DNA from: Candidatus Shapirobacteria bacterium | GTDB taxonomy: Bacteria; Patescibacteriota; Microgenomatia; UBA12405; JAHJSD01 | Reading direction: 5' to 3' | Length of the DNA: 34,406 nt | Assembly (NCBI GenBank): GCA_027021145.1 | Contig: JALUUX010000073.1 | Span: 1 to 34,406 of the forward strand | Shown: piece after piece, positions 7,481-14,674 of the stretch | How positions within the stretch are numbered: position 1 is the first letter of the stretch | How the letters are laid out: each line of letters starts with the position of its first letter | Made by a program: the position numbers and the translations under genes | The notes under the pieces: model-generated | Databases searched by the model: none | What the model saw: the letters and a program-made list of their open reading frames with translations, nothing else | What the model was told of the DNA's origin: nothing

Positions 7481-8568
7481 AAAAGATTTTAGTGGGCTTT
7501 GATGTTTCGCCGCTTTATTCTGGTCATAAGGTGAGGGGAATTGGGTTTTATACTGAGCGATTGCTAGAGGGATTAAAGGGGTTTAGAGATCTGGAGATAA
7601 GAGAGTTGAGGAGTAAAAAGGAGGTCGATGAGGCCAATTATGATTTACTTCATATTCCTTATTTTCACCCCTATTTTTTTACTTTGCCTTTTAGAAAAAA
7701 GGGGCCATTGGTTGTTACCATTCATGATTTAATCCCGGTCAAATATCCAGAACATTATCCTCCGGGAATAAAGGGGCGCTTACGCTGGGAGATTCAAAGG
7801 GGACTACTTCAAAGAGTAGATCTTGTTATTACCGACTCTTTTGCCTCAAAATCTGACATTGCTCGGTTAACTGGTTACCCTAAAGAGAGAATTCATGTTG
7901 TCTATTTGGCCGCTGATGATGTTTTTAGAGTAATTAAGAGTAAAAGAATATTGAGGGAAATAAAAGAGAAATATCGTCTGCCAGAAAAATTTGTCCTTTA
8001 TGTTGGTGATGTTAATTGGAATAAGAACGTTCCGGGATTGGTGCGCGCCTGTCGAGCAATCGGAGCTCCGCTAGTGATCGTCGGTAAACAAGCAGTTAGG
8101 GACGATTTTGACCCCACGCATCCGGAAAATAAAGATTTAGCTTGGTTGAAGAAAATGAAAGAGAGGCACACTCCCTATATTCTAAATTCTAAATTCTATA
8201 TTCTAACCTTGGGCTTTATTCCCACCGAGGATTTGGTCGCCATTTACAACCTGGCCACAGTTTATTGTCAACCGTCATTTGATGAAGGTTTTGGTTTGCC
8301 AGTAATTGAGGCAATGGCCTGTGGTTGTCCGGTAGTAGCTTCTAATCGGGGCAGCTTACCTGAAGTAGTTGGTAAAGCAGCCATTTTGACAAAGCCAGAA
8401 GTCAAGGACTTGGCTGAAGCGGTCAAATCACTTCTTCAGGACGAAAAAAAGAGGAGAGGGCTTGCTTCTCTAGGACTGAAAAAAGCTAACGAGTTTTCCT
8501 GGCAAAAAGCCGCTCAAGACACTTACTTTCTTTATAAATCGCTAATTGCTGGCCGACTGCGACACTAA
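7477..8568 (+). CDS. GT4-family (GT-B fold, Glycos_transf_1) glycosyltransferase
   Basis: PSFDEGFGLPVIEAMACGCPVVASNRGSLPEVVG is an E-x7-E motif region. The N-terminal VGFDVSPL...GIGFYT is typical of GT4. The last five codons and the stop lie inside the 49-nt repeat. Confidence 0.85.
   Translation: MKKILVGFDVSPLYSGHKVRGIGFYTERLLEGLKGFRDLEIRELRSKKEVDEANYDLLHIPYFHPYFFTLPFRKKGPLVVTIHDLIPVKYPEHYPPGIKGRLRWEIQRGLLQRVDLVITDSFASKSDIARLTGYPKERIHVVYLAADDVFRVIKSKRILREIKEKYRLPEKFVLYVGDVNWNKNVPGLVRACRAIGAPLVIVGKQAVRDDFDPTHPENKDLAWLKKMKERHTPYILNSKFYILTLGFIPTEDLVAIYNLATVYCQPSFDEGFGLPVIEAMACGCPVVASNRGSLPEVVGKAAILTKPEVKDLAEAVKSLLQDEKKRRGLASLGLKKANEFSWQKAAQDTYFLYKSLIAGRLRH
8179..8206 (+). repeat. heptanucleotide tandem repeat (ATTCTAA) x4, with the third unit ATTCTAT, inside the GT4 coding sequence
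   Basis: The DNA reads attctaa attctaa attctat attctaa and encodes ILNSKFYILT, located between the two Rossmann halves. Confidence 0.95.
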
Positions 8569-8599
8569 ATTTGGATACAAAAATGATGTCGCTGTCGGA
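8551..8599 (+). repeat. 49-nt direct repeat, copy 1 (imperfect hairpin containing a stop codon)
   Basis: GGCCGACTGCGACACTAAATTTGGATACAAAAATGATGTCGCTGTCGGA is identical to 9268..9316. The arms CCGACtGCGAC and GTCGCtGTCGG pair with one T:T mismatch around an AT-rich loop. Confidence 0.95.
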
Positions 8600-8604
8600 C
8601 GAGA

Positions 8605-9285
8605 ATGAATAAGGTTAGTCAATTACTAGTCCGTCTATATTGGCTTGAAGAGCTCGAAGTCAAGGCTGAACTGACCAATAAGTTGGTGTTGGGTAAAAAT
8701 CGGAAATCGAGTAGGTTGCTCTTAGAGAATCTTATTAACAATAATTTAATCAATTGTCGCAGAAATAAACTTTTTCTTTCGCCATTAGGAAGAAAATTAG
8801 TCGAAAAATCATTTCCCTTGTGGGCTAAAAGGGATGAGAAATGGTCTGGTTTTTGGTGGGCATTTGTTTTTGATCTTTCGGCGAAAGAAAGAAGTCTCCA
8901 TCGTTCATTATTGAGATTCCTTAGAAGGCTGGGCTTTGGATTGCTTCAGCAGAGCACTTTTATTTCTCCTTATGATTGGAGTAAAGAGTTAAGATTGTGG
9001 TTTAGAATGAGGAATTTAGATCTGACAGGGGATTGGGGAGAAAAAATACTTTTAGTAAAAATGATAGATTTTGATTGTCCGGCAGCTAGTTGTTGGCCTC
9101 TTGACCTAACGAAATCAGCGTATTTAGAAGTCGAGAGAATTAAAAATATCCATGATCAGTTTAAAAAGTTAATTGAGGCAATGAGTATTGATCCTTGGTT
9201 GCCTGATAAGGTCAAAGTTTCAAGTGAGATCAATAAATTAAGAGAAGGGGTAATCTCTACTTTTCTTGGCCGACTGCGACACTAA
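8605..9285 (+). CDS. PaaX-like transcriptional regulator (winged-helix N-terminus plus PaaX-type middle domain)
   Basis: WSGFWWAFVFDLSAKERSLHRSLLRFLRRLGFGLLQQSTFISPYDW resembles the PaaX core (W-x-G-x-W..F..p...R..lr..L...GFG.l....wisP). The N-terminal LINNNLINCRRNKLFLSPLGRKL looks like a wHTH. The protein ends in GRLRH, encoded by repeat copy 2. Confidence 0.55.
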   Translation: MNKVSQLLVRLYWLEELEVKAELTNKLVLGKNRKSSRLLLENLINNNLINCRRNKLFLSPLGRKLVEKSFPLWAKRDEKWSGFWWAFVFDLSAKERSLHRSLLRFLRRLGFGLLQQSTFISPYDWSKELRLWFRMRNLDLTGDWGEKILLVKMIDFDCPAASCWPLDLTKSAYLEVERIKNIHDQFKKLIEAMSIDPWLPDKVKVSSEINKLREGVISTFLGRLRH

Positions 9286-9316
9286 ATTTGGATACAAAAA
9301 TGATGTCGCTGTCGGA
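9268..9316 (+). repeat. 49-nt direct repeat, copy 2
   Basis: Identical to 8551..8599 and again in-frame with the 3' end of the preceding CDS. Confidence 0.95.
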
Positions 9317-9322
9317 TGGGGC

Positions 9323-9351
9323 TTGACGGGATGGTTTTTCGGTGTTTAAAT
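9323..9351 (+). promoter_or_regulatory. candidate sigma70-type promoter for the large surface-protein gene
   Basis: The -35 is TTGACG (9323..9328). After a 17-nt spacer comes an extended -10, TGtTTAAAT (9343..9351). The ATG lies 13 nt downstream and there is no Shine-Dalgarno. Confidence 0.45.
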
Positions 9352-9364
9352 AGAACTGAGATAA

Positions 9365-12300
9365 ATGAAAGGGAGAAGAATTTTTCTTTTGGCATCAATT
9401 TTTAGCTCTCTAGGGTTAGCTTTCTTTGTTTTTAGAACTAGACTTCTGATTAGAGCAGCCAATTATGAGGCAACCATTACTTCGTTCACTGTAGATAGTT
9501 CCAGTCTTGGGGCTACAGGAGTAACCTACACTCTTGAGTTCAAGTTTTCTCAAGATTTTGTTGGGGGGACAGGTAGTTCAGCTAATTTGATTTTGAAGCG
9601 AATTGTGACCCAACAAGGAGCTGATGTCACCTCCAATATGGCCTCAGCCACTGGTTCGATTTCTAGTTTTCAATATCAGGATAGCAATGGCGCCTGGCAA
9701 ACTATCAGCTATGACAATAATAGTTTTTCGGCCCAAATATCTGACTCATTTTTGGTTTATCATTTTAGCGATATTACTACCAATATTCCCGCTAATCGTC
9801 CCATTCGATTAGTTATTGGAGGAGTCACCAATCCTTCGAAGGCGGGAAGTTATGCCTTCGATCTTAGTTTTGCTGATGCTAATGGAAATAATTTTTCGGT
9901 TGAACCCTACAATAATCCCGAGCGAACGGTTCGGGTTGATATTGGGGATTATTGTTTCAAAGTAAAAATTACTGCTCCTGATGGAACAACCGCGATGCCA
10001 GGTCTAGATGTTTTTGTTGATTCGGCTGATCACTCTTTTAACACTTTTCTTAAGACCGACTATTTAGGCTTTGTCTCTTTTTATAGTGACGGCTTTACTG
10101 GTCTGACTAACTGTCCTTCGGGGAGTAATCAAAAAGTTTATCTATTTATTAATATTGGTCCTGATAGTTCTAATCCCAATCACTACTTCCCGCCCGAACC
10201 CACAGTACTTACTTTACCCACTAATCAGGATACTTATGTTAGCAATCCGATTAAGCTAGTCCAAGCTAGTAAGACTATTTCGGGGACGATAACCTATTCT
10301 GATGGTAGTGGTGGAGTTAGTGGGGCGCGGATTAATGCTTTTCAGCCGGACACGGGTCAGTTTACCCAAACCACTAGTGGGAGTGATGGCAGTTTTACCC
10401 TTTATGTTGGTGGTGGTACTTGGGAAGTAATGCCTGAGGCGCAGTCAGACTCTAATTGGGCTTACGGGGCTCCGCCGGAGCGAGTTAGTTTTCAAGAAAA
10501 TACCGAATCGGAATCAGCTACAGTCAATTTTAGTGTTGATAAGGCAACGGCTAGCGTTACTGGCCGACTTTTAAAGCCTGATGGCACGCCTGTTTCGCCT
10601 AGTGAGGGCTATGGAGTAGGGGTTTTTAGTATGGAAGGTAAGGGAGGTGGCGGGCCGGTGGGCAATAATGGCGTCTTTCAGATTAATGTGCCAGCGGGAA
10701 GATATCAGTTTGAAGTCTGGACTCCGCCCGATAGCACTTACGGTTCGCCTGGAGGGAGAACAGTCGAGGTGAAAGAGGGTGAAACCGTCGATTTGGGTGA
10801 TATTACGCTAGTAACTAAGGATGCCACCATTCAGGGAACAGTAAAAGTAGCAGGCACTAATACGGGTGTGGCTAATGTAACGATCAATGCTTTTGTGCGT
10901 GATGGTGGGGGATTCGCGATGACTACTACCGATGCTGATGGTAATTTTAGTCTTTCGGTTACCTCAGGTACTTGGATGGTGATGCCGATGTTTGATCCTA
11001 GTGCCAACTATGCCCTGACTGATCCACCTCAAGAAGTTCGGGTTGCTTCGGGAGAAACGGCTACGGTAACAATTAGTGTTGAGTCAGCTACGGCCACCAT
11101 CCGAGGCAGCTTGGTTGACAGTAATGGCAACTTGGTTTCGGTCTATGGTTATGCTTTTGCGGAAACGCCAGGAGGGGAAATGTTTGGTCCGGGGGGAATG
11201 GGAGGGCCAATTGAGCGCGGCACTTTTTCCTTTAAGGTTCCGGCAGGAAGTTATAATATTAGCGCTGTTTTGGCACCTGGATCAAACTATACTGTCGGCC
11301 AGTCTCAGTCAGTAACCGTAGCCGACGGCCAAACTGGAGCGGTAACGATCAGCTTGGTTCAGAATAACGCCACCATTACTGGCTCAATTTTAGACCAGGA
11401 TGGTAATGCTGTTTCTCCTTCTGACTTTTTTGTTTTTGCCGTCTCAGAAACGGGTGGCCATAAAACTTTTCAAGAGGGGACAGTGAATGGCAGTTCTTAT
11501 ACTATTCAGGTAGCGGCTGGAGAGTGGAGTCTGGGTTATTTCGTTGATCCAAGTACGGGTTATATGTCGGCTCCTCCTGATCCATCGTTACGGTTTACTG
11601 TCAATTCAGGAGAAACAGTGGTTAGAAATATTACTCTTCATGCCGCCAATAGCACGATTACCGGTCGAGTGACGAAGCCTGATGGCTCAGCGGCCGTGGG
11701 GGTTTTTGTCTCCGCCGATAATCGAGAAACTGAGGGAGGGGAGTTTATGAATGGGGCGCCGACTAATAACGACGGTTATTATACTATTCGAATTGCCGCT
11801 GGCAGTTATAAACTGCGAGCTAATGTTGCCCCAGGATCAGGCTACCTTTCGCCGGCCGAGCAGACGGTAACCGTAGCTGATGGAGAAAGTAAAACAGTCA
11901 ATTTTACTTTGCGAGAATCAAATGCTACGATCACGGGTCAAGTAACTTTGAGTGGCGCAGGCAAGCCCGCCTTTGTTTACGCCTGGTCCGAAGATGGTGG
12001 TTTTACCCAGACTCAAGCTAATGCCAGCGGTAATTATAGCCTCTCGGCCTCAACTGGCACTATCTGGCATGTAGGAGCGCGCTATGAATCGGGTACCAGT
12101 GCTTATGAAGCTAGTGAAACAAGGGTGGATTTGACTAGTGCCAATTCTGGTACTGCCAATTTGGCCCTCGCCAGTCTAGATTATAATTTGCCTGAACCCT
12201 ATAGCGTCACTTTTGACGCTACCAAGCCCAAGATTATTACTCTTTCTGATGGCACAGAGATTAATATTCCAGCCAATGCTCTGGCCACCTCAGGTAATGT

Positions 12301-13354
12301 TACTTTGAGCATTGAACCAAAGGTTTCCCTGCCTGCTAAGAAGGGCGATCGGCCAGTTTGGTATGGCTATGAGTTTACCGCTATTAATAGCAGCGGTCAG
12401 ACTATTACCCAATTCAATAGCAATATTACTATTACTTTTCCTTACACTGATGCTCAATTGAACAAGCTGGGAATTACTGCTGACGATCTGATTCCTTCTT
12501 ATTGGGATGATACTTCGGGGACCTGGAAGAAGGTCGATAATGTTACCGTTGATACCACGGCGAAAACGGTAACGATTACCATTAACCACTTTACCAATTT
12601 TGCCCTGACAGCTAATTACACCAGGGGAACCACTAGTTCTACTAGTAGTGGAGCTACTTCGGGAACTAATGCTTCAGGTGGGGTTTCTAAGCCGATGGCA
12701 CCCAAAGAAACTGGCTCCATTGTCGAAGGAGCAACTAATAAAGTGGTTTGGATGATTCCAGCGGGAGCCTTAGAATGGGATGCCGATTTTGAAATGACTC
12801 AATTAAGGGAGGGATTTGAGAAGCCTAAACCACCACTGTGGATTGCCTCGGGTCCTTATCAAGTGACGATGAAGGCTTGGTGGAATGGGGCGAAATTTAG
12901 CCATTTTCGGAAGCCGGTAACTTTAATTATCCGTTATGATCCGACTGCTCTGGGTAATATTCCGGAAGAATCACTGCGACTGAATTATTATGATCCAGCT
13001 AAAAAGCGTTGGCGCCCGCTTAATTCTTTGCTGATTACTGATCGCCACGAGGTAGCGGCGGTAGTGAGTCAAGTTCATGGCCTTTATGCCTTGATTGGTG
13101 GTTTTGGCTATCAGGGAGCGCCGCAATACTTAGAGGAAACGGTTACTGCCACCGCTCGATCAGAAGAAATTGGCTTGAAAGAAGATCTTTTGCCCAAGAG
13201 AGAGGTGAGAGAAGAATTATCCAAAAGTAGTGAGGACCAACCAGTAATTCGCTCCAGTCCCTCGCCAGAACCAGAACCATCGGTTGCGGCAGTTAAACCC
13301 AAAGAGAGTTGGTTTAAGCGGCTTTTAAAGAAAATATTTCCTTTTCTTCGCTGA
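9365..13354 (+). CDS. giant N-terminally anchored cell-surface protein with 7-8 tandem carboxypeptidase-regulatory-like (CarboxypepD_reg/PEGA-like) beta-sandwich repeats
   Basis: MKGRRIFLLASIFSSLGLAFFVF is a signal or anchor helix. Repeat starts are TISGTITYSDGSGG, ASVTGRLLKPDGTP, ATIQGTVKVAGTN, ATIRGSLVDSNGN, ATITGSILDQDGN, STITGRVTKPDGS and ATITGQVTLSGAG, each about 85-95 aa. Two further related C-terminal domains (..YWDDTSGTWKKVDNVTVD.. and ..YYDPAKKRWRPLNSLLI..) are separated by a Ser/Thr-rich linker. The tail is acidic then basic. Confidence 0.8.
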   Translation: MKGRRIFLLASIFSSLGLAFFVFRTRLLIRAANYEATITSFTVDSSSLGATGVTYTLEFKFSQDFVGGTGSSANLILKRIVTQQGADVTSNMASATGSISSFQYQDSNGAWQTISYDNNSFSAQISDSFLVYHFSDITTNIPANRPIRLVIGGVTNPSKAGSYAFDLSFADANGNNFSVEPYNNPERTVRVDIGDYCFKVKITAPDGTTAMPGLDVFVDSADHSFNTFLKTDYLGFVSFYSDGFTGLTNCPSGSNQKVYLFINIGPDSSNPNHYFPPEPTVLTLPTNQDTYVSNPIKLVQASKTISGTITYSDGSGGVSGARINAFQPDTGQFTQTTSGSDGSFTLYVGGGTWEVMPEAQSDSNWAYGAPPERVSFQENTESESATVNFSVDKATASVTGRLLKPDGTPVSPSEGYGVGVFSMEGKGGGGPVGNNGVFQINVPAGRYQFEVWTPPDSTYGSPGGRTVEVKEGETVDLGDITLVTKDATIQGTVKVAGTNTGVANVTINAFVRDGGGFAMTTTDADGNFSLSVTSGTWMVMPMFDPSANYALTDPPQEVRVASGETATVTISVESATATIRGSLVDSNGNLVSVYGYAFAETPGGEMFGPGGMGGPIERGTFSFKVPAGSYNISAVLAPGSNYTVGQSQSVTVADGQTGAVTISLVQNNATITGSILDQDGNAVSPSDFFVFAVSETGGHKTFQEGTVNGSSYTIQVAAGEWSLGYFVDPSTGYMSAPPDPSLRFTVNSGETVVRNITLHAANSTITGRVTKPDGSAAVGVFVSADNRETEGGEFMNGAPTNNDGYYTIRIAAGSYKLRANVAPGSGYLSPAEQTVTVADGESKTVNFTLRESNATITGQVTLSGAGKPAFVYAWSEDGGFTQTQANASGNYSLSASTGTIWHVGARYESGTSAYEASETRVDLTSANSGTANLALASLDYNLPEPYSVTFDATKPKIITLSDGTEINIPANALATSGNVTLSIEPKVSLPAKKGDRPVWYGYEFTAINSSGQTITQFNSNITITFPYTDAQLNKLGITADDLIPSYWDDTSGTWKKVDNVTVDTTAKTVTITINHFTNFALTANYTRGTTSSTSSGATSGTNASGGVSKPMAPKETGSIVEGATNKVVWMIPAGALEWDADFEMTQLREGFEKPKPPLWIASGPYQVTMKAWWNGAKFSHFRKPVTLIIRYDPTALGNIPEESLRLNYYDPAKKRWRPLNSLLITDRHEVAAVVSQVHGLYALIGGFGYQGAPQYLEETVTATARSEEIGLKEDLLPKREVREELSKSSEDQPVIRSSPSPEPEPSVAAVKPKESWFKRLLKKIFPFLR

Positions 13355-13376
13355 TCAGATATAATTGAGATCGGCA

Positions 13377-14438
13377 ATGCTTAAATATATTTTGAAGCTC
13401 TTTTGTCTTCTTCAGTTGGTGGTAGTTTTCTCTTGGTTTTTGGGGGAAAGGTTTTTTCCTCTTAAAGAGACTTTCTTGGGCAGGGGTTTAGGTGAGTCAG
13501 TTGATCAACCTTTAATTTGGAGCCGAGCCAATTTTGATGGTTTTTATTATGCCAAGATTGCTCGTGATGGCTATCAATATCTTCAGCAGGCCTTTTTCCC
13601 TTTTTATCCTAAATTAATTAAGCTCTTTCAACCGTTATTTGGAAATTTTATTTTCTCAGGGATGGTTTTGGCTTCGATTTTCTTTTTGCTTGCCCTTTGG
13701 TTGTTGGCTCAACTTTTAAAAAGGGAGGGCGAAGAGGAAAGGATTATTAAGCGAGCCCTACTTTTTTTAGTTCTTTTTCCCACTAGTTTTTACTTTATTT
13801 CGGTTTATACTGAATCCCTATTTCTTTTTCTGGTCGTTTTAACCTTTTGGTGGTCAGGAAAGCGACGATGGTTTTTGGCCGGTTTGACGGCGGGCTTAGC
13901 TTCTTATACTCGGTTGGTAGGTATCTTTCTCTGGCCTGCCCTGATTTATGAATATTATCAGGCAGAGAGTCGACGTAAAATGAGGGAGCGACTCTCGGCA
14001 GCTAAAAAAGCTTTAGCTTATCGCCTAAGCCTTCGATATCTTGGTTATCTCATTCGATCTCGTTGGCATCATTTCAAAAACCTAGCTGCTCTTTCTCTTT
14101 CTGGTTGGGGTCTTTTAAGTTATATGATTTATCTCAAGAGAACTACTGGTGACTGGTTTTATTTTGCTCGAGTTCAGCCTGAGTTTGGGGCCCAGAGGAG
14201 TGTTGACCGCCTGATTTTGCTTTACCAGGTTTTCTGGCGCTATTTGAAAATGATTTTCAGAGTTAATCCTCAGAGTTATGTTTACTTTAATGTTTGGCTT
14301 GAATTCTTGGTTGCTCTGTTGTTTTTGATAATTCTGGCTTGGGCTTGGCTAACTCTAATCCATCGAGAAGAGAGAAAGCCTAATTGGCGGCCTGGATGGC
14401 TGATTTTTGCCACTTTAGCCTATCTCTTGACACTTTAA
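13377..14438 (+). CDS. GT-C fold mannosyltransferase-like membrane protein (PIG-V/GT76-like), N-terminal and central part; the reading frame is interrupted
   Basis: The ATG at 13377 lies 4 codons after the TTG at 13365 in the ORF track. NFDGFYYAKIARDGYQYLQQAFFPFYP is the characteristic N-terminal loop motif. The protein is multi-pass hydrophobic. The frame stops at 14438 while a hydrophobic C-terminus continues in another frame. Confidence 0.7.
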   Translation: MLKYILKLFCLLQLVVVFSWFLGERFFPLKETFLGRGLGESVDQPLIWSRANFDGFYYAKIARDGYQYLQQAFFPFYPKLIKLFQPLFGNFIFSGMVLASIFFLLALWLLAQLLKREGEEERIIKRALLFLVLFPTSFYFISVYTESLFLFLVVLTFWWSGKRRWFLAGLTAGLASYTRLVGIFLWPALIYEYYQAESRRKMRERLSAAKKALAYRLSLRYLGYLIRSRWHHFKNLAALSLSGWGLLSYMIYLKRTTGDWFYFARVQPEFGAQRSVDRLILLYQVFWRYLKMIFRVNPQSYVYFNVWLEFLVALLFLIILAWAWLTLIHREERKPNWRPGWLIFATLAYLLTL

Positions 14439-14596
14439 CCGGCACTTTTTCTTCCATGCCCCGTTATGTTTTGGTTTGTTTTCCTTGTTTTTTGGTTTTG
14501 GCAAAATTAAAACTACCCAAGGCAGTTTATTTCCTTAGCGCCCTATTCCTTTTACTTTGCAGCTCCTTGTTTGTCCGTGGCTATTGGATTGCCTAA
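14384..14596 (+). pseudogene. C-terminal segment of the preceding GT-C gene, in the -1 frame (frameshift, pseudogene or assembly error)
   Basis: ...TLTGTFSSMPRYVLVCFPCFLVLAKL... looks like the usual C-terminal end of this family. It overlaps the upstream ORF by 55 nt in a different frame. A T5 run lies at 14403..14407. Confidence 0.55.
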
Positions 14597-14674
14597 ACTG
14601 ATTTGACCATTTGATCATTTAGCATTTGCCATTTATCATTTTAGATAATCAATGTTAAATGTTTAAATGAATAA
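14597..14674. repeat. stutter-repeat spacer (CATTTnn units, then AAATGnn units, period 7-8 nt)
   Basis: The DNA reads gatttgac catttgat catttagc atttgcc atttatc attttag ... atgttaa atgttta aatgaat aaatgac. Confidence 0.8.
14640..14668 (+). promoter_or_regulatory. candidate promoter with an extended -10 that would give a leaderless or near-leaderless mRNA
   Basis: TGtTTAAAT (14660..14668) is the same 9-mer as 9343..9351. A weak -35, TTTAGA (14640..14645), sits 17 nt upstream. The ATG at 14675 is 6 nt after the -10 and there is no Shine-Dalgarno. Confidence 0.4.

Noticed and set aside
8551-9316. Could the two identical 49-nt repeats be a CRISPR array?
   Set aside because: There are only two copies. 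The 668-nt interval between them is a complete protein-coding gene, the repeats overlap CDS ends, and the window has no cas genes or further repeat units.
10266-12190. N-x-S/T sequons at repeat boundaries of the surface protein (NNATITG, ANSTITG, ESNATITG) as evidence of PglB-type N-glycosylation.
   Set aside because: No STT3/PglB-like gene (WWDYG motif) is present and only one site fits D/E-x-N-x-S/T. The Asn-x-Thr may simply be part of the conserved first beta-strand.
5139-13354. A diversity-generating retroelement: Avd-family four-helix-bundle genes near a large repeat-containing surface protein.
   Set aside because: The window has no reverse transcriptase ORF. I could not find any template/variable repeat pair with adenine-specific differences. 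The surface-protein repeats are old and divergent at DNA level.
13965-14018. Two hairpins inside the PIG-V-like gene (GAGAGTCG..CGACTCTC and AGCTAAA..TTTAGCT) as another in-frame element insertion.
   Set aside because: The window offers no paralog or homolog to show that this basic loop (ESRRKMRERLSAAKKALAY) is an insertion. The stems are short and could be chance.
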